A stretch of DNA of 64,000 nucleotides, from positions 68,448,001-68,512,000 of the forward strand of contig OX597817.1 in assembly GCA_951406725.2 (NCBI GenBank), in the 5' to 3' direction. Of this stretch, positions 13,676 to 26,144 are shown in pieces. Source of the stretch: Octopus vulgaris. Lineage: Eukaryota. Each line of letters starts with the position of its first letter. Position 1 is the stretch's first letter. The notes beneath the pieces are model-generated. The model was not told the origin of the DNA, made no database searches, and worked only from the letters and a program-made list of their open reading frames with translations. Position numbers and translations under genes: made by a program.

Positions 13676-15385
13676 CTCTTTACTCTTACTCGTTTCAGTC
13701 ATTTGACTGCGGTCATGCTGGAGCACCGCCTTTAATCGAGCATCTCGACCCCAGGACTTATTCTTTTGTAAGCCCAGTACTTATTCTATCGGTCTCTTTT
13801 GCCGAACCGCTAAGTAACGGGGACGTAAACATCGGTTGTCAAGCAATGCTAGGGGGACAAACACTCAGCGATGACTGCTTAGAGTCGAGCTGGAACGAGT
13901 TCGAGAAACGTGTTGAGGACTGGGTGGGCCACATGGCATCGCGCCGTGTGGGTGCCCGTGAAAGGACGAGGAAGTCCACCCCTGGCGGCAAGGCAGGGCT
14001 ATTGAATCTTAGATTCGGCTTCGGGCCTAACAAATCGAGCAGACGCGCAAAAACGCAACAATACGCGCGATACCAGCGACTATTCGCTCTCAATAGAAGG
14101 AAACTCATGGCAACTATACTAGGTGAGGACCTAGGGGGCGAGTGCCCCGTCCCGATGGGCGAAGTTGAAGCGCTCTACCGGGTGACGCGCATCCTCGATG
14201 ATAGTGATGCTGTTGACATCGTTTTATTGGACTTTGCCAAAGCTTTTGACTCGGTAAACCACCGCCTACTACTTGTCAAGCTTCAAGCATATAGTTTCCA
14301 TCCGGATATTGTACGATGGGTTGGTGCCTTCCTCTCAGATCGCTCCTTCCAAGTTCAAGTTAATGGTTCGCGGTCCGACGTCTCCAGTGCGAGCAGTGGC
14401 GTGCCTCAAGGTTCAGTGCTTGGGCCCTTGTTGTTCTTAGTCTTCATAAATGACTTGCCCGACGACCTCACGCAACACACCCTTCTATTTGCCGACGATA
14501 TCAAACTGGTCGCTCCTCGCGGTAGTATAGAGGATCTTCGTCGATGCCTCCACCAAATTTGGAAGTGGTCTAACGATTGGGACCTGTGTCTGAACGTGTC
14601 AAAGTGCTGTCATCTGCCTGTCGGCTCTACTCCTGCAACTCAACTTGATTTCGAGCCGGGTCGTCTGCTGCTGGAGAGGACCGATCAGGTAAAGGACCTG
14701 GGTATCTTGGTGGATTCCTCCTTTTCGCCTTCGGCCCAGTGCGTCCATGCTGCCAACAAAGCGCGCGGAATTCTGTTTTTGATTCGACGGACATTCGGAA
14801 TGCTCACAGCAGCCATATTTCTGCCACTCTATGTCACGCTGGTGAGACCCATATTGGAGTATGGGATTCAAGCCTCTTCTCCTTATCTCCTCAAAGACAT
14901 ACAGCACCTCGAAAGAGTCCAGAGGCTGGCTACCCGCATGGTTCATGGTCTCAAAAATTTGTCCTACGAAGAAAGGCTGAGGACGCTCGACCTTTGTTCT
15001 CTTGAAAAACGCCGCCGCCGTGGTGATCTCATTCTCGCCCACAACATCATAAGCGGGAAGTGTAACCTCTCGAAAGAGCTGTTCTTCACTCCTGCTCCGG
15101 AGCGTCGGCTGCGGGGTCATTCCGAAAAGCTCTACCTGCGACGATTTCATCTCAATCGAAGGAGAGGAGCTTTCTCCGTCCGGGTTGCGGATCCGTGGAA
15201 CAAGCTGCCAGACGAGATGGTGAAGATGCCGACGACCGCTTTGTTCAAAGCCTCCCTGGACCTCAAGTGGCCTGAACTCTTTATATGAACACCACCCTGT
15301 ACTTAACTCCATGTCCCCCTACATGGCCTTGCTATTTGCTTTTGAGCCAAATTAACTAACTAACTAACTAAACACAGACACACGA

Positions 15386-15420
<35 letters not shown>

Positions 15421-15563
15421 CGACGGGCTTCTTTCAGTTTCCCTCTACCAAATCCCCTCACATGGCTTTGGTCGGCCCGAGGCTATAGTAGAAGACGCAG
15501 TGGGACTGAACCCGGAACCATGTGGTTGGTAAACAAGCTACTTACCACTCAGCCACTCCTGCA
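13676..15563 (-). mobile_element. SINE family B split by a LINE insertion (halves 13676-13864 and 15370-15563)
   Basis: The halves join into a family B element at gggggacaaacac|agacacac. Confidence 0.85.
13865..15369 (+). mobile_element. 5'-truncated CR1/L2-group RT LINE with an R2-like 5' segment; open frame to stop at 15288
   Basis: LDFAKAFDSV, SGVPQGSVLGPLLF, LFADD, VRPILEY, LERVQRLATR motifs; (TAAC)n tail; TSD aaacac at 13859-13864 and 15370-15375. Confidence 0.9.
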
Positions 15564-15612
15564 CCTATACATATTTTTACGTTTTTACGTTTATATACAC
15601 GTTTATATACAC

Positions 15613-15654
<42 letters not shown>

Positions 15655-15786
15655 ATGAGGGTGTTAAAAGACACCAACATGCCGAAATAGCAGTCGAAAC
15701 ACTGACTATAGTACCACGTTAAATGTTCATATCGCACCATGAGGTAAAGCGGAGGGACAAAACATACAAGCAAAAATTAATGAATA

Positions 15787-15846
15787 ATTCAAGATCCAAG
15801 GATTTCTGGTTCTGCTTTAGATAAGCTTTACCGTCATCAATTGAAT
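15787..15846 (-). ncRNA. Minimal type I hammerhead-like ribozyme, copy 1
   Basis: Reverse complement reads attcaa-TTGATGA-cggt..acca-GAAA-tccttgga-TC-ttgaat. Confidence 0.7.
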
Positions 15847-16268
15847 ATATCAAGGGTACATAAATACAGATATATACATGCACAGCAAACGATATACTTA
15901 CATATACGAGCGTCGTACATACATACATATGCACGTATGGACACAGCCAGTTTGAATCGCCCGCCAAATCACCGCATAAGTACGACATGGTTAAAATAAG
16001 CACCGCAGTGAATATAATAACGAATTATATAAATTTATATATGAGGATAATATCGATATTTAAGTGTCGAAATTATCAAGTGGCCAGCATGAAAGAAATA
16101 CCTTACAAAGGTAAAATAATTATTAACAATTAAAAATGAGGGTGTCTAAAAGACACCAACATGCCGAAATAGCAGTCGAAACACTGACTATAGTACCACG
16201 TTAAATGTTCATATCGCACCATGAGGTAAAGCGGAGGGACAAAACATACAAGCAAAAATTAATGAATA

Positions 16269-16328
16269 ATTCAAGATCCAAGGATTTCTGGTTCTGCTTT
16301 AGATAAGCTTTACCGTCATCAATTGAAT
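16269..16328 (-). ncRNA. Minimal type I hammerhead-like ribozyme, copy 2
   Basis: Identical to copy 1, 482 bp away. Confidence 0.7.
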
Positions 16329-16531
16329 ATATCAAGGGTACATAAATACAGATATATACATGCACAGCACTGCGGTGCTTATTTTAACCATGTCGTACTT
16401 ATGCGGTGATTTGGCGGGCGATTCAAACTGGCTGTGTCCATACGTGCATATTTATGTATGTACGACGCTCGTATATGTAAGTATATCGTTTGCTGTGCAT
16501 GTATATATCTGTATTTATGTACCCTTGATAT

Positions 16532-16591
16532 ATTCAATTGATGACGGTAAAGCTTATCTAAAGCAGAACCAGAAATCCTTGGATCTTGAAT
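16532..16591 (+). ncRNA. Minimal type I hammerhead-like ribozyme, copy 3
   Basis: Stem I attcaa/ttgaat; core TTGATGA and GAAA; stem II ggt/acc plus gctt/aagc; helix III atcc-tt-ggat; AUC cleavage triplet. Confidence 0.7.
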
Positions 16592-16825
16592 TATTCATTA
16601 ATTTTTGCTTGTATGTTTTGTCCCTCCGCTTTACCTCATGGTGCGATATGAACATTTAACGTGGTACTATAGTCAGTGTTTCGACTGCTATTTCGGCATG
16701 TTGGTGTCTTTTAGACACCCTCATTTTTAATTGTTAAAAATTATTTTACCTTTGTAAGGTATTTCTTTCATGCTGGCCACTTGATAATTTCGACACTTAA
16801 ATATCGATATTATCCTCATATATAA

Positions 16826-16889
<64 letters not shown>

Positions 16890-18175
16890 TGTGTGTGTAT
16901 ACGTATATGTATCTTTTAAATTTGTTTACAGGAAAAGTTTTTAATATGCAAATAAAGCTCACATTCCAATATGTCAGCCACACTCTAATGATTTTGACTG
17001 GTGAGCCAGTTTTGGAGATTAACTCGAGCTGTACTGATATAACGTGGGATAAGTATAGTAATAGTAACAATAATCCTTGGATAGAATTTATAAATATTTT
17101 AATGCATCACTTCGCGCGTTTCCACAAATCACATGTCTCTTAAGATCACAGTTCGTGTTCTTGAGATGATTACATCTCCGTAGTATCCGTGGTCATCGTG
17201 TAGAGCATCTTCATGGATTCATTTCTTCAGGCGATATAACATTAATGGATGTTTAACTGAGGGTTGCATAGTTATTGATGTGCGACCATGCTGGTGCACT
17301 GCCTTCAATTGTTTAGTCAATCATATCGACCCAAGTTTTTATTTTAAAATGGTACCTCTTTTACTGATATCTTTCTGTCGAACCGCGAACTCTGATGAAA
17401 TAAAGGATTACAAGCATAAATTACACGTCTTTTAGATGCAGACACATGCATTTCCCTCACTCTTCCATACACATGCATGCACGCGCGCGCACGCACACAC
17501 ACACACATACACATACACTCACACATACATACACATGGGCTCCTAATCCATTCCTGTCTAAAAAATTCAAAGACAAAACCTCTACGTGATCACATACCTG
17601 CGAAAAAAACATTAGCCTATTTACCGTATACCACACTCTGCCGTCTTAGAAAAGGACACGTCGAGTAATGAGGTTCTGGGTTCCTTGTACAAGTAAAAGG
17701 ATATGATGGTCACGGTTAGAATGCTTTTTATTATTGGTTTGTTTGATCAAGTATGTCATGGGACTAAACATCGCAGCAACAACAACAGTTTCTATGATCA
17801 CTATTGCTCCCAAGGGAAAAAGAATACAAAACGCTCCAGTCAAGAAGCTTTTATCAATTCTCTCGGCTTATCAGAAATAACTGCCGAGTCTCCTTCGAAT
17901 TATATCTCTATCACCGTATAAAGTAAAAATACATTGATACACAAGAAGACCGGATAGCCATGGCTATACAACCTTTCATTCTAAGTTCACTCAAATAAGA
18001 ACCTCTTTGTATGTATACCGCCATGGAAAAAAAGTCGCGTACCACAATATGTTCCTGGCTCCCTATACAAGTAAAAGAGTCGACGGTAACACTTGCAGGG
18101 CATCCTTTCTGCTATAGGCACAGACCCTGAAATTTTGGGGGAGAGAGATAGTCGATTACATTGACACCAGCATGG

Positions 18176-18407
18176 TGGGCGAGCTGGCAGAAACGTTAGC
18201 ACGCCGGGCGAAATGCGTAGCCGTATTTCGTCTGCCGCTACGTTCTGAGTTCAAATTCCGCTGAGGTCAACTTTGCCTTTCATCCTTTCGGGATCGATTA
18301 AATAAGTACCAGTTACGCATTGGGGTCGATATAATCAACTTAATCCGTTTGTCTGTCCTTGTTTGTCCTCTCTGTGTTTAGCCCCTTGTGGGTATTAAAG
18401 AAATAGA
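18176..18407 (+). mobile_element. tRNA-derived SINE, family A
   Basis: A-box-like agctggcagaaacgttagc, B-box-like gagttcaaattcc; multiple copies in the window. Confidence 0.9.
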
Positions 18408-18896
18408 TAAATTTAAAGCCTCCTCGTGTACATTATGGTGCAACAGTTTAGGAATTTTGTATCACTAAACTAAACTAGCAAGCGCAATGAAGGCTATATT
18501 TTTCTGAGGACATCAAGTATTCACTACGTCAGCCATTAGTAAGCGTTTTACTATCGGTCAATGTTGATATAATTTTTTTTCACTTTCTCTCGCACTAAAC
18601 ATCCTTGAATGCCACACATTCTTTCAGTTAGCCGCATAATGTCTCTTAAGAGAAGTTTTTCTAAAGTAAGTTTGTAGAAGTAGCTCTGTTCTATATTTGT
18701 ACATACACTATTACTCATTCTATTTTGATCCCAAGTGTTTCAAATAAGTACACACATATGCATGTATACATTCATGTATACATACAGACATGCGTATATA
18801 TAGATATGTGTGTGTATGTGTGCGCGCGCGTGTACGTGTCTATGTATGTGTGTAAGTATATGCATGTATATATTTGTATATATATATATATTATAT

Positions 18897-19113
18897 ACTC
18901 TTTACTCACTTTTACTCTTTTACTTGTTTCAGTCATTTGAGTGTGGCCATCCTGGAGCACCGCCTGTAGTCGAACATATCGACCCCAGGACTTATTCTTT
19001 GTAAGCCTAGTACTTATTCTATCGGTCTCTTGCCGAACCGTTAAGTTACGGGGAAGTAAACACACCAGCATCGGTGTCAAGCGATGCTGGGGGACAGAGG
19101 CAGACACACAAAT

Positions 19114-19150
<37 letters not shown>

Positions 19151-19310
19151 CATATATACGACGGGCTTCTTTTAGTTTCGGTCAACCAAATCCACTCACA
19201 AGGCTTTGGTCGGCCCGAAGACACTTGCCCAAGGTGCCACGCAGTGAGACTGAACCCGGAACCATGTGGTTGGTAAGCAAACTACTTACCCCACAGCCAC
19301 TTATACGCCT
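18897..19310 (-). mobile_element. SINE family B
   Basis: Reverse complement of the family B sequence. Confidence 0.85.
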
Positions 19311-19406
19311 ATATATATACATATATTTTTATATATGTGTATACACACATACACTCACACATGTATATAGATACATACCATACACTTACGCGCACACACA
19401 ACACAC

Positions 19407-19446
<40 letters not shown>

Positions 19447-20512
19447 TAAATATAATATAGTTCACACACATATGTGTATGCGTGTGTGTGTGACTGAGTG
19501 AATTGTAAATCCGGGCAGACTTAATCAAGCACCTGCTGAGAGCTGATGACACTTAAACACTATCCACCTAAAATAAGATCGTAAAATTGAAGAACCGATA
19601 TAAAAGACGATATAAAATAAAATTAATAATTCTTTATCTGCATAAATAAAATTCATCATATGAAAATTTGTCGAAACAAAACTTCCCCCATTCTGATGGA
19701 GCCTTAGCACCGCTGGTTTTTGTGTTACGTGTCATCTATAAATTCACCCAATCATGTTGAATCAAACTTTTCGCAGTTCTGGATTTTCACTTGTCCTTTA
19801 ATGTATCTTCTCCTCTCCGAGCTGAACTTGTTCAATATTGTATATGTTTTCAATAGTATATAAATATTTTTGGGTTCAAAATTTGTTACTAGGCCAGCAA
19901 TTTCAGCGTAGGGGACATGCACTGTTACTTATTTAATTGAAACATCTGATTTATCCATTGCCATTCCTTCTAAGCTAAAAACGCTAGAATAACTGAATAA
20001 TGTCTTCCTAGGTTAACAGACATTTGATGCATTAGATTTGATACCCAGGATATCTAACATGAAGTCGGCCTGGGTGGAATTTGAACTCAGGACGTAAAGA
20101 CGGATGAAATTCCGCTAAGCATTTTTCCAACGATAAATGTTATCCATATTGTTTAAGTATCAATAATTTACAGATATACCAAATAAAATCAATATTAGAT
20201 AGCGTGACATTTTTAAACAACTGATAATGAGCATTATTGCTACAGTGTAACCTACCTTTGGCAGTATTATAGTGCTGGGGTTATTGTAGTGCGGTTAATA
20301 TCCCATAAAGTTACATAGGTGCATAATTATGATTTAAGCTTTTCACATTTGATGGTACATATGAAAATTAATGAAATGAATATCTAATTTTGAAAATGAA
20401 TAAAATCTAAAATAAAATAAGATTAAATAAATCCCTTATTTGGGTCAATCTCATGAAAATTAAGCCAAAACAGGTTTTCGAAAATGTTTAGAATGCCTCC
20501 ACCTTCAAATAA

Positions 20513-20554
<42 letters not shown>

Positions 20555-21734
20555 AAATGGTTAATTTTAGCGCATATAAATTATATGTATCAGCAAAATT
20601 AAGCTCTTACAACGTTGTCATTAACGTGCAACTTTTTGTCACGCACGTCATATCTAGTAAATGAGAATTGTAACTATAGACACTTTTGTCCTGCAAACTC
20701 ATTAGCTGTTTTTTTTAATTTCGAGATCAATGTAAATAAATATCATGAGGATTTTTTTTTTTTATGCTGCTCTGGAGAAATTCAGTCTAATTGGTTGTTA
20801 ATATTTTTACGTGAAAAATGGCATTTTGTGCACTATCACGAACGTCATACTTTTTGAATTCTCATACATTCCAAGTGAAAATTGTTTGTTTCATGCTTGC
20901 CTGGGTAGTAAGGTTTTCTTTGAAAAATGAATCAATACAACTCTTATAAATATTCAAAATTTACAGCTTAGATATTTCATAATTTGTGTCTCTGACTGTC
21001 ACATATGCCACACAACAATGGCCCATTTGTGTATTTGCAATAGATATATGCTATCTATAAAATAATCTGGTTCATCTATGAATTACGATAATACTGTAAC
21101 GCTCTGACAAATGAGTGTAGAGGAAGATTCTTACAAAAAATTTATAAACTTTAAAACTGACTTATATTTTTGGCAGTATAAGTAAAGTATTCATATTATT
21201 TAAATGACAGCATGCTGTATTTCAATACAAGTTGAAAACCATATATATATTTACTAACAATTATTTGCACATATGTCGCCGCGTTTTCATCTAACTAAAT
21301 TATTTAGAAAATCGCAGATTCAGACTTAATGATTGCTAGTACAATAAGTTTATACGGAATTGTCAGTTTTAATGCTGTAACTTCACAACAAACCAATAAA
21401 AATCATAATATTTATAACTATGCAAAATTTATTATATACTTGAACTTGTTAAATCTTTTGCCTCAGAAGTGTATCGTGTTCTTATTTTAGTTAACTAATC
21501 TAAAGTGAATATTGCATAATAAACTTTTTTATGTATAGATTTTACCTCAGAAGTTCATTTTCAATACTTCAATTAACTATACAAAACTCAGTATTTGCAT
21601 CATAAAAATCTATAACATTTTATCACAGAAGCTAATTTATGACATTTTTAATGGAAGCACTAACTCTTCTAAGAGATGTCCCTCTTTCATGAGAGTTGAA
21701 ATTTCTAATTTCAGGCACCAATGATTTTTGGTCG

Positions 21735-22540
21735 TATTTAGAACTACATAAAGCTGTCCATGACCATATACGCTCTAGCAGATGCACACCCACTCTGTTA
21801 AAAGACTGACCCTTTGATTTAGTTACTGTAATTAAAAAAGGGTCGTATCGATAGTAACAGCCTACGATTAAGCTGAAAGTCAGATTCGTTTCTTTAAGAA
21901 TTACGCGTATCGTTTAGTAAACCCTTTCAGGGATGGAGGCTATACACTGATGTTATGGTACATCCCACTTTCATTTTCAGAATATGAAATGGTACTTCAG
22001 GTGGATTTTGTTCGGTTAAGAATTTCACAGCAAAATTAGAAACTGTATCATCATCATCATCATAATCACCGCCATCATCACTATCAGTAGCAGCAGCAGC
22101 ATTATTATCAAGAATGTACTTTGAATAGATTTGTTGGAAATCTTCAATGAATGCCTTTCCATGCCGTTGATTCCGTTTTACGAGGACTTTTGGTTTGTTA
22201 AATAAGCCTATTAATATATAGGTATGTCTCAGCTAGCAATTCTTGCAGTTTCTTCTCTAGACATCACTTCTATTTATTATCGTTTGTAAGTAAACAGTGT
22301 TTATCTCCTGTCAGACTATTTCAATTACTTCACCATTTATAGTTCGAAAATCTTCAAAGTTTGAGGCACCTGGAATGTGTAATACAAATTGGTTGAAAAT
22401 GAAAACTTTTCAGTGTTCCTTGCGATAACAAGAATAAATTCTTGGTGTTAGTTAGTTTTCATCTTTTTTCTACTTTTCCTTTGACATACCTTTTCATTGA
22501 ATCCATAATGTTACGGTATCTAAATTTTCTAGTGCATCTT
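21735..22540 (-). pseudogene. Decayed Helitron RepHel: linker region and PIF1-like helicase C-terminus
   Basis: Minus-strand peptides PGASNFEDFRTINGEV (22326-22373), NPPEVPFHILKMKVG (21963-22007), TVTKSKGQSFNRVGVHL (21780-21830), GHGQLYVVL (21739-21765). Confidence 0.8.
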
Positions 22541-22548
22541 TTTTTTAG

Positions 22549-23890
22549 TTTCAAATCCAAAGACTGCGGCTATGCTGGGGCAGCGCTGTTTACTTTGCTA
22601 CACTTTCACTAAACCTCTTCTGATAAGTGATTTTTGGTAGATAAGGGAGTTTGACTCTGCTGCTCTCATCTGTGTTTCTTGCCTTGAGGTAGGTTCATCC
22701 TGAACTCTTGAAGGGGCTCCAATCCTGTTATGAAAAAGCTTACATCCACGCCATGCAGGTCTCTCAGGTTTTGTGGGAGGATATTGAAGAGCTGTGTGTC
22801 TTTGAAGCCCAAGCTGTTGCAGTATCTGGTTCTGTATACTGATGGCAATGTTGGGACTTTTGGTACTGTGCAGTGGCACCCCGTCCAGCTGTTTATGTAA
22901 CTGACAATGCCATAGTTTGGCACAAGTTTTTCAAGGATTTTCAAGATGTATATTACTGCATATCTTTCCCGCCTTCTCTCCTGGGAGTAGAACCTTAATT
23001 CTTTCAGTTTCTCCAAGTAGCTGATACATCACATTGTGTCGATCTTCTTTGTGTAGCTTCGTTGGATCGCCTCGAGTTCCGTCGTTAATTTTACATTGCT
23101 TGGTGACCCCAGTTGGGAGTAGTAATCCAGAAGGCTGAGAACGAAAGTCCTCCGGAGGATCATCGTGGTTTCCTTTTCTCTTGTTTTGAATGTTCGAGGG
23201 ATCCATCCAAACAAGCGCCAGCATTTTATTACCAGCTTGGCAATGTTTACCTAGAAAGATGCATCATTACTCATGTTGATGCCCAAATCACACACTGATT
23301 TTGATTCAGGGATTGAAATCCCTCCTGAGCCAGTGTATCCTACCTGCTTTTCATCGAGCTTCATGTGGCGGTAGCGCAGGGCTTGGAATTTTCCAGCATT
23401 AAATAGCGTGTTATTTTTCTCAGCCCACCTCTATATTGCGTCCAACTTACGTTGTAGATGCATAACATCTCCAGGGTTCTGTATCCTCTGAGAAACCTTT
23501 GTATCGTGTGCATAGCTAGGAAGAGTGACTACTTGGGCAGCTGAGTGCATGTCAGAGAGGGCTATTATGAATGGCAGTGCCCCCAGGACAATACCTTGTG
23601 GAACACCACTCATTATTTATGTTTCCTCGGAGGTGGCCCCATTGACCACCACTATCTGACTTCTATCTTTCAGAAAGTCATGTAGCCATTCTACAAGTTT
23701 TCCAACAGCATCAAGATTACGCAGTTTGTGATAAATCACACCATGGTCGACTTTGTCAAAGGCTTTTGCAAAGTTGAGATATATCACGTCTACATTTGAG
23801 TTGTTGAGCAACTGCTTTAGCACTCAGTTGTAATGTTACAAGAGCTGTGTCAGGGAGCTTCTACCTGGTTGGAAACCATGCTTGGTGTCA
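22549..23890 (-). mobile_element. Degenerate CR1/L2-group RT LINE nested in the Helitron
   Basis: YLNFAKAFDKVDH, SGVPQGIVLG, YAHD, RRERYAVIY; frameshifted; tail ctgcggctatgctggggc. Confidence 0.9.
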
Positions 23891-23899
23891 CTCAAGGAA

Positions 23900-25530
23900 T
23901 GCAAAGGAATGCATATTCAATTTCATTCAGTTTAAACCATGCTGTGAACTCATTTCATCTTGTTTGAGGTCTGTCTGTTCGTTGTCTCCATCAAAGTACA
24001 CAAATACAGATCGTGTTTTCTTATAATCTCCACATTGCTTCAAGAGCGAACATAACTAACATCTAAATATCTAGGTGGTTTGTCATGAACAATATTATGA
24101 TGGTGCTCAATTAAACCAATTTTGACATTGACACAGTCGCGGTACTTATCCATAGACTTAAAAATACCTTACAGATTCAATACAGAAGCAGACGTTCACA
24201 CTGATATGGGAATTGTATTTAAAAGATAACAATTTATAAGATAGAATTCCAATTCTGTTATCTACACTTCTGTTTCGAACGTGAACTGATGTTTCCTTGC
24301 TGCTTTTTGTATTTCGGGTTAATAGTTTAATTAACATCTGTTTTCTCATATTAATTTGGAGACTTTTTATACATTTGTCATTCTCCATAAATAAAACATT
24401 TTGACTGTCACTTCCACATGACCCATCTTCATACACCATTCTACTACTTCAAGAAGTGCCGAATGTGTTTCAGGATTAGGAATTTTAATGTTAACTATGT
24501 TATTAGTATTATTACGATTAATTTTTGCATCTTGTTTTATGACGATTAAAATATCGACATGAGAAAGGCCACCTTTTCCGAAATTCTATACAACGTGACA
24601 CTTGTTTTCTTTTTAATCTAGGAAGAGATTATTTAGTATTCCTGGTGTCTTAAGTTTAGAGATCATGGCTTTTTTTGATAAATCAGATTTTTTATATACT
24701 CTTGATAATGGTTGCAGCATCATGGTGCAGCTCTCTCCTGTTTCGGGGAGACACTTGCAAAGATAAATGTAGTATTACTGTTTTTCCTTCCTCTACCTCT
24801 GTATTGTTGGTTGGAATTTGTAGGTGACAAGATTATCTTTTATACTATTCAACTCAAGACTTTTTTTACTGAGATCATGTACAGTTCAAGTTATGTGCGT
24901 TGATTTTAAGTTCAGGATCAACAGACCTGTATCCACAAATTTAAAATTGTTGCCTGATAGCAATCTGTGCTACCATATATTATAACATAGCAATTTTATT
25001 ATGTTGAAGGTGTTCATTTCCTTCTATATTTACATGCATATCTTACCGCTATTCAGGTTCTCTAAATAGGTATAATACGGCATATATCACTGAGTATATT
25101 TTGACTAAATATACACAGCGTTATTATAAATGTAGGGGAACACGAAAAATCTTTTAGAAGGTTGTTTCTCCAACTTAATTATTAAATAGTTAGTATGTTG
25201 CATCACCTTATGTATGGATTCTTATCTCTCCTAAATACCATTATTTATGATTGGTACATGCCTGATATATATTATAGCTATCTCTTCTTGTGCTCAAAGT
25301 TACTTAATGTTTTAGGGTGATTTTATGCGTTCATTATTTTCTTATAAAATTACCAAGGTTTTAGAAAGCTTCACGCAAACAGCATAGATATGACTATCAC
25401 TTATTCTAATATCATATTCATCTCTGGAGTCAACTGCATACAGCTATGCAAAGTGTTGCTATGCATCATCATGTAGATATATGTCACACGCACGGTAAGA
25501 GATTTGATTATAAATTCTGAAACAGTTAGA
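23900..25530 (-). pseudogene. Decayed Helitron Rep (HUH endonuclease) region
   Basis: Minus-strand peptides HFA*LYAVDSRDE, SPRNRRELHHDAATII, IEFRKR/GLSHVDILI (cf. IEFQKRGLPHAHIL), GSCG..MENDKCIK, VDNR..LLSFKYNSHISVNVC..SVRY, in Helitron order. Confidence 0.8.
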
Positions 25531-25728
25531 ACTGTATCGAATTGTGCCAGCAATTGTTAGGGCTATAGATACAAAGGAGAGAGCTTATTCACACGATCTA
25601 AATGTTGTCGTAGAAATTTCAATGGTGTGTATTAGTTCTAGCACACTAATCCCCATTCGTCGAAATGACAACCGAGTACAACTACAACAACAATGCTTAT
25701 ATGTATATGTATGTATATATGTGTATGC

Positions 25729-25797
<69 letters not shown>

Positions 25798-25824
25798 AGA
25801 GAGAGAGAGAGAGAGAGAGGTGAG

Positions 25825-25980
25825 AATTTACAAAAAACAAAACACAAAGACAGGTGGGGTAGACAAGACAACAAACAGATGTATTAGTTTAACGCTCGGG
25901 AAGTGAAAAAGTCTTTAACGTTTCGAGCTTACACTCTTCCACAGAAAGAAACAAGGAGAGAAAATAAAGAATGTAAGAGG
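25825..25980 (-). mobile_element. Penelope-like terminal repeat fragment with a hammerhead-like motif
   Basis: Reverse complement ctttCTGTGGAagagtgtaagctcGAAAcgTTaaag; similar to 54590-54765. Confidence 0.55.
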
Positions 25981-26074
25981 GATGACCACTAAGTCGACAT
26001 CCATTATGCTAGAAGTAGACCTCCTATGGTCATACCACTAAGAAAGTATTGTTCTCAAGAAAATTCAGGAAACG

Positions 26075-26144
<70 letters not shown>

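Larger units (their letters stand above)
15647..16830. mobile_element. Non-coding 482-bp unit: about 1.5 tandem copies followed by one inverted, circularly permuted copy, in (TA)n
   Basis: 15647-16128 repeats at 16129-16369; 16368-16830 is the reverse complement; copies nearly identical. Confidence 0.9.

Noticed and set aside
13285-15288. 667-aa ORF as a host gene
   Set aside because: The first ~190 codons are read-through of an AT-rich repeat, microsatellite and antisense SINE. Only 13865-15288 is real retroelement coding sequence.
18176-18260. tRNA genes at SINE heads
   Set aside because: A and B boxes are present, but I saw no complete cloverleaf and they continue into multi-copy SINE bodies.
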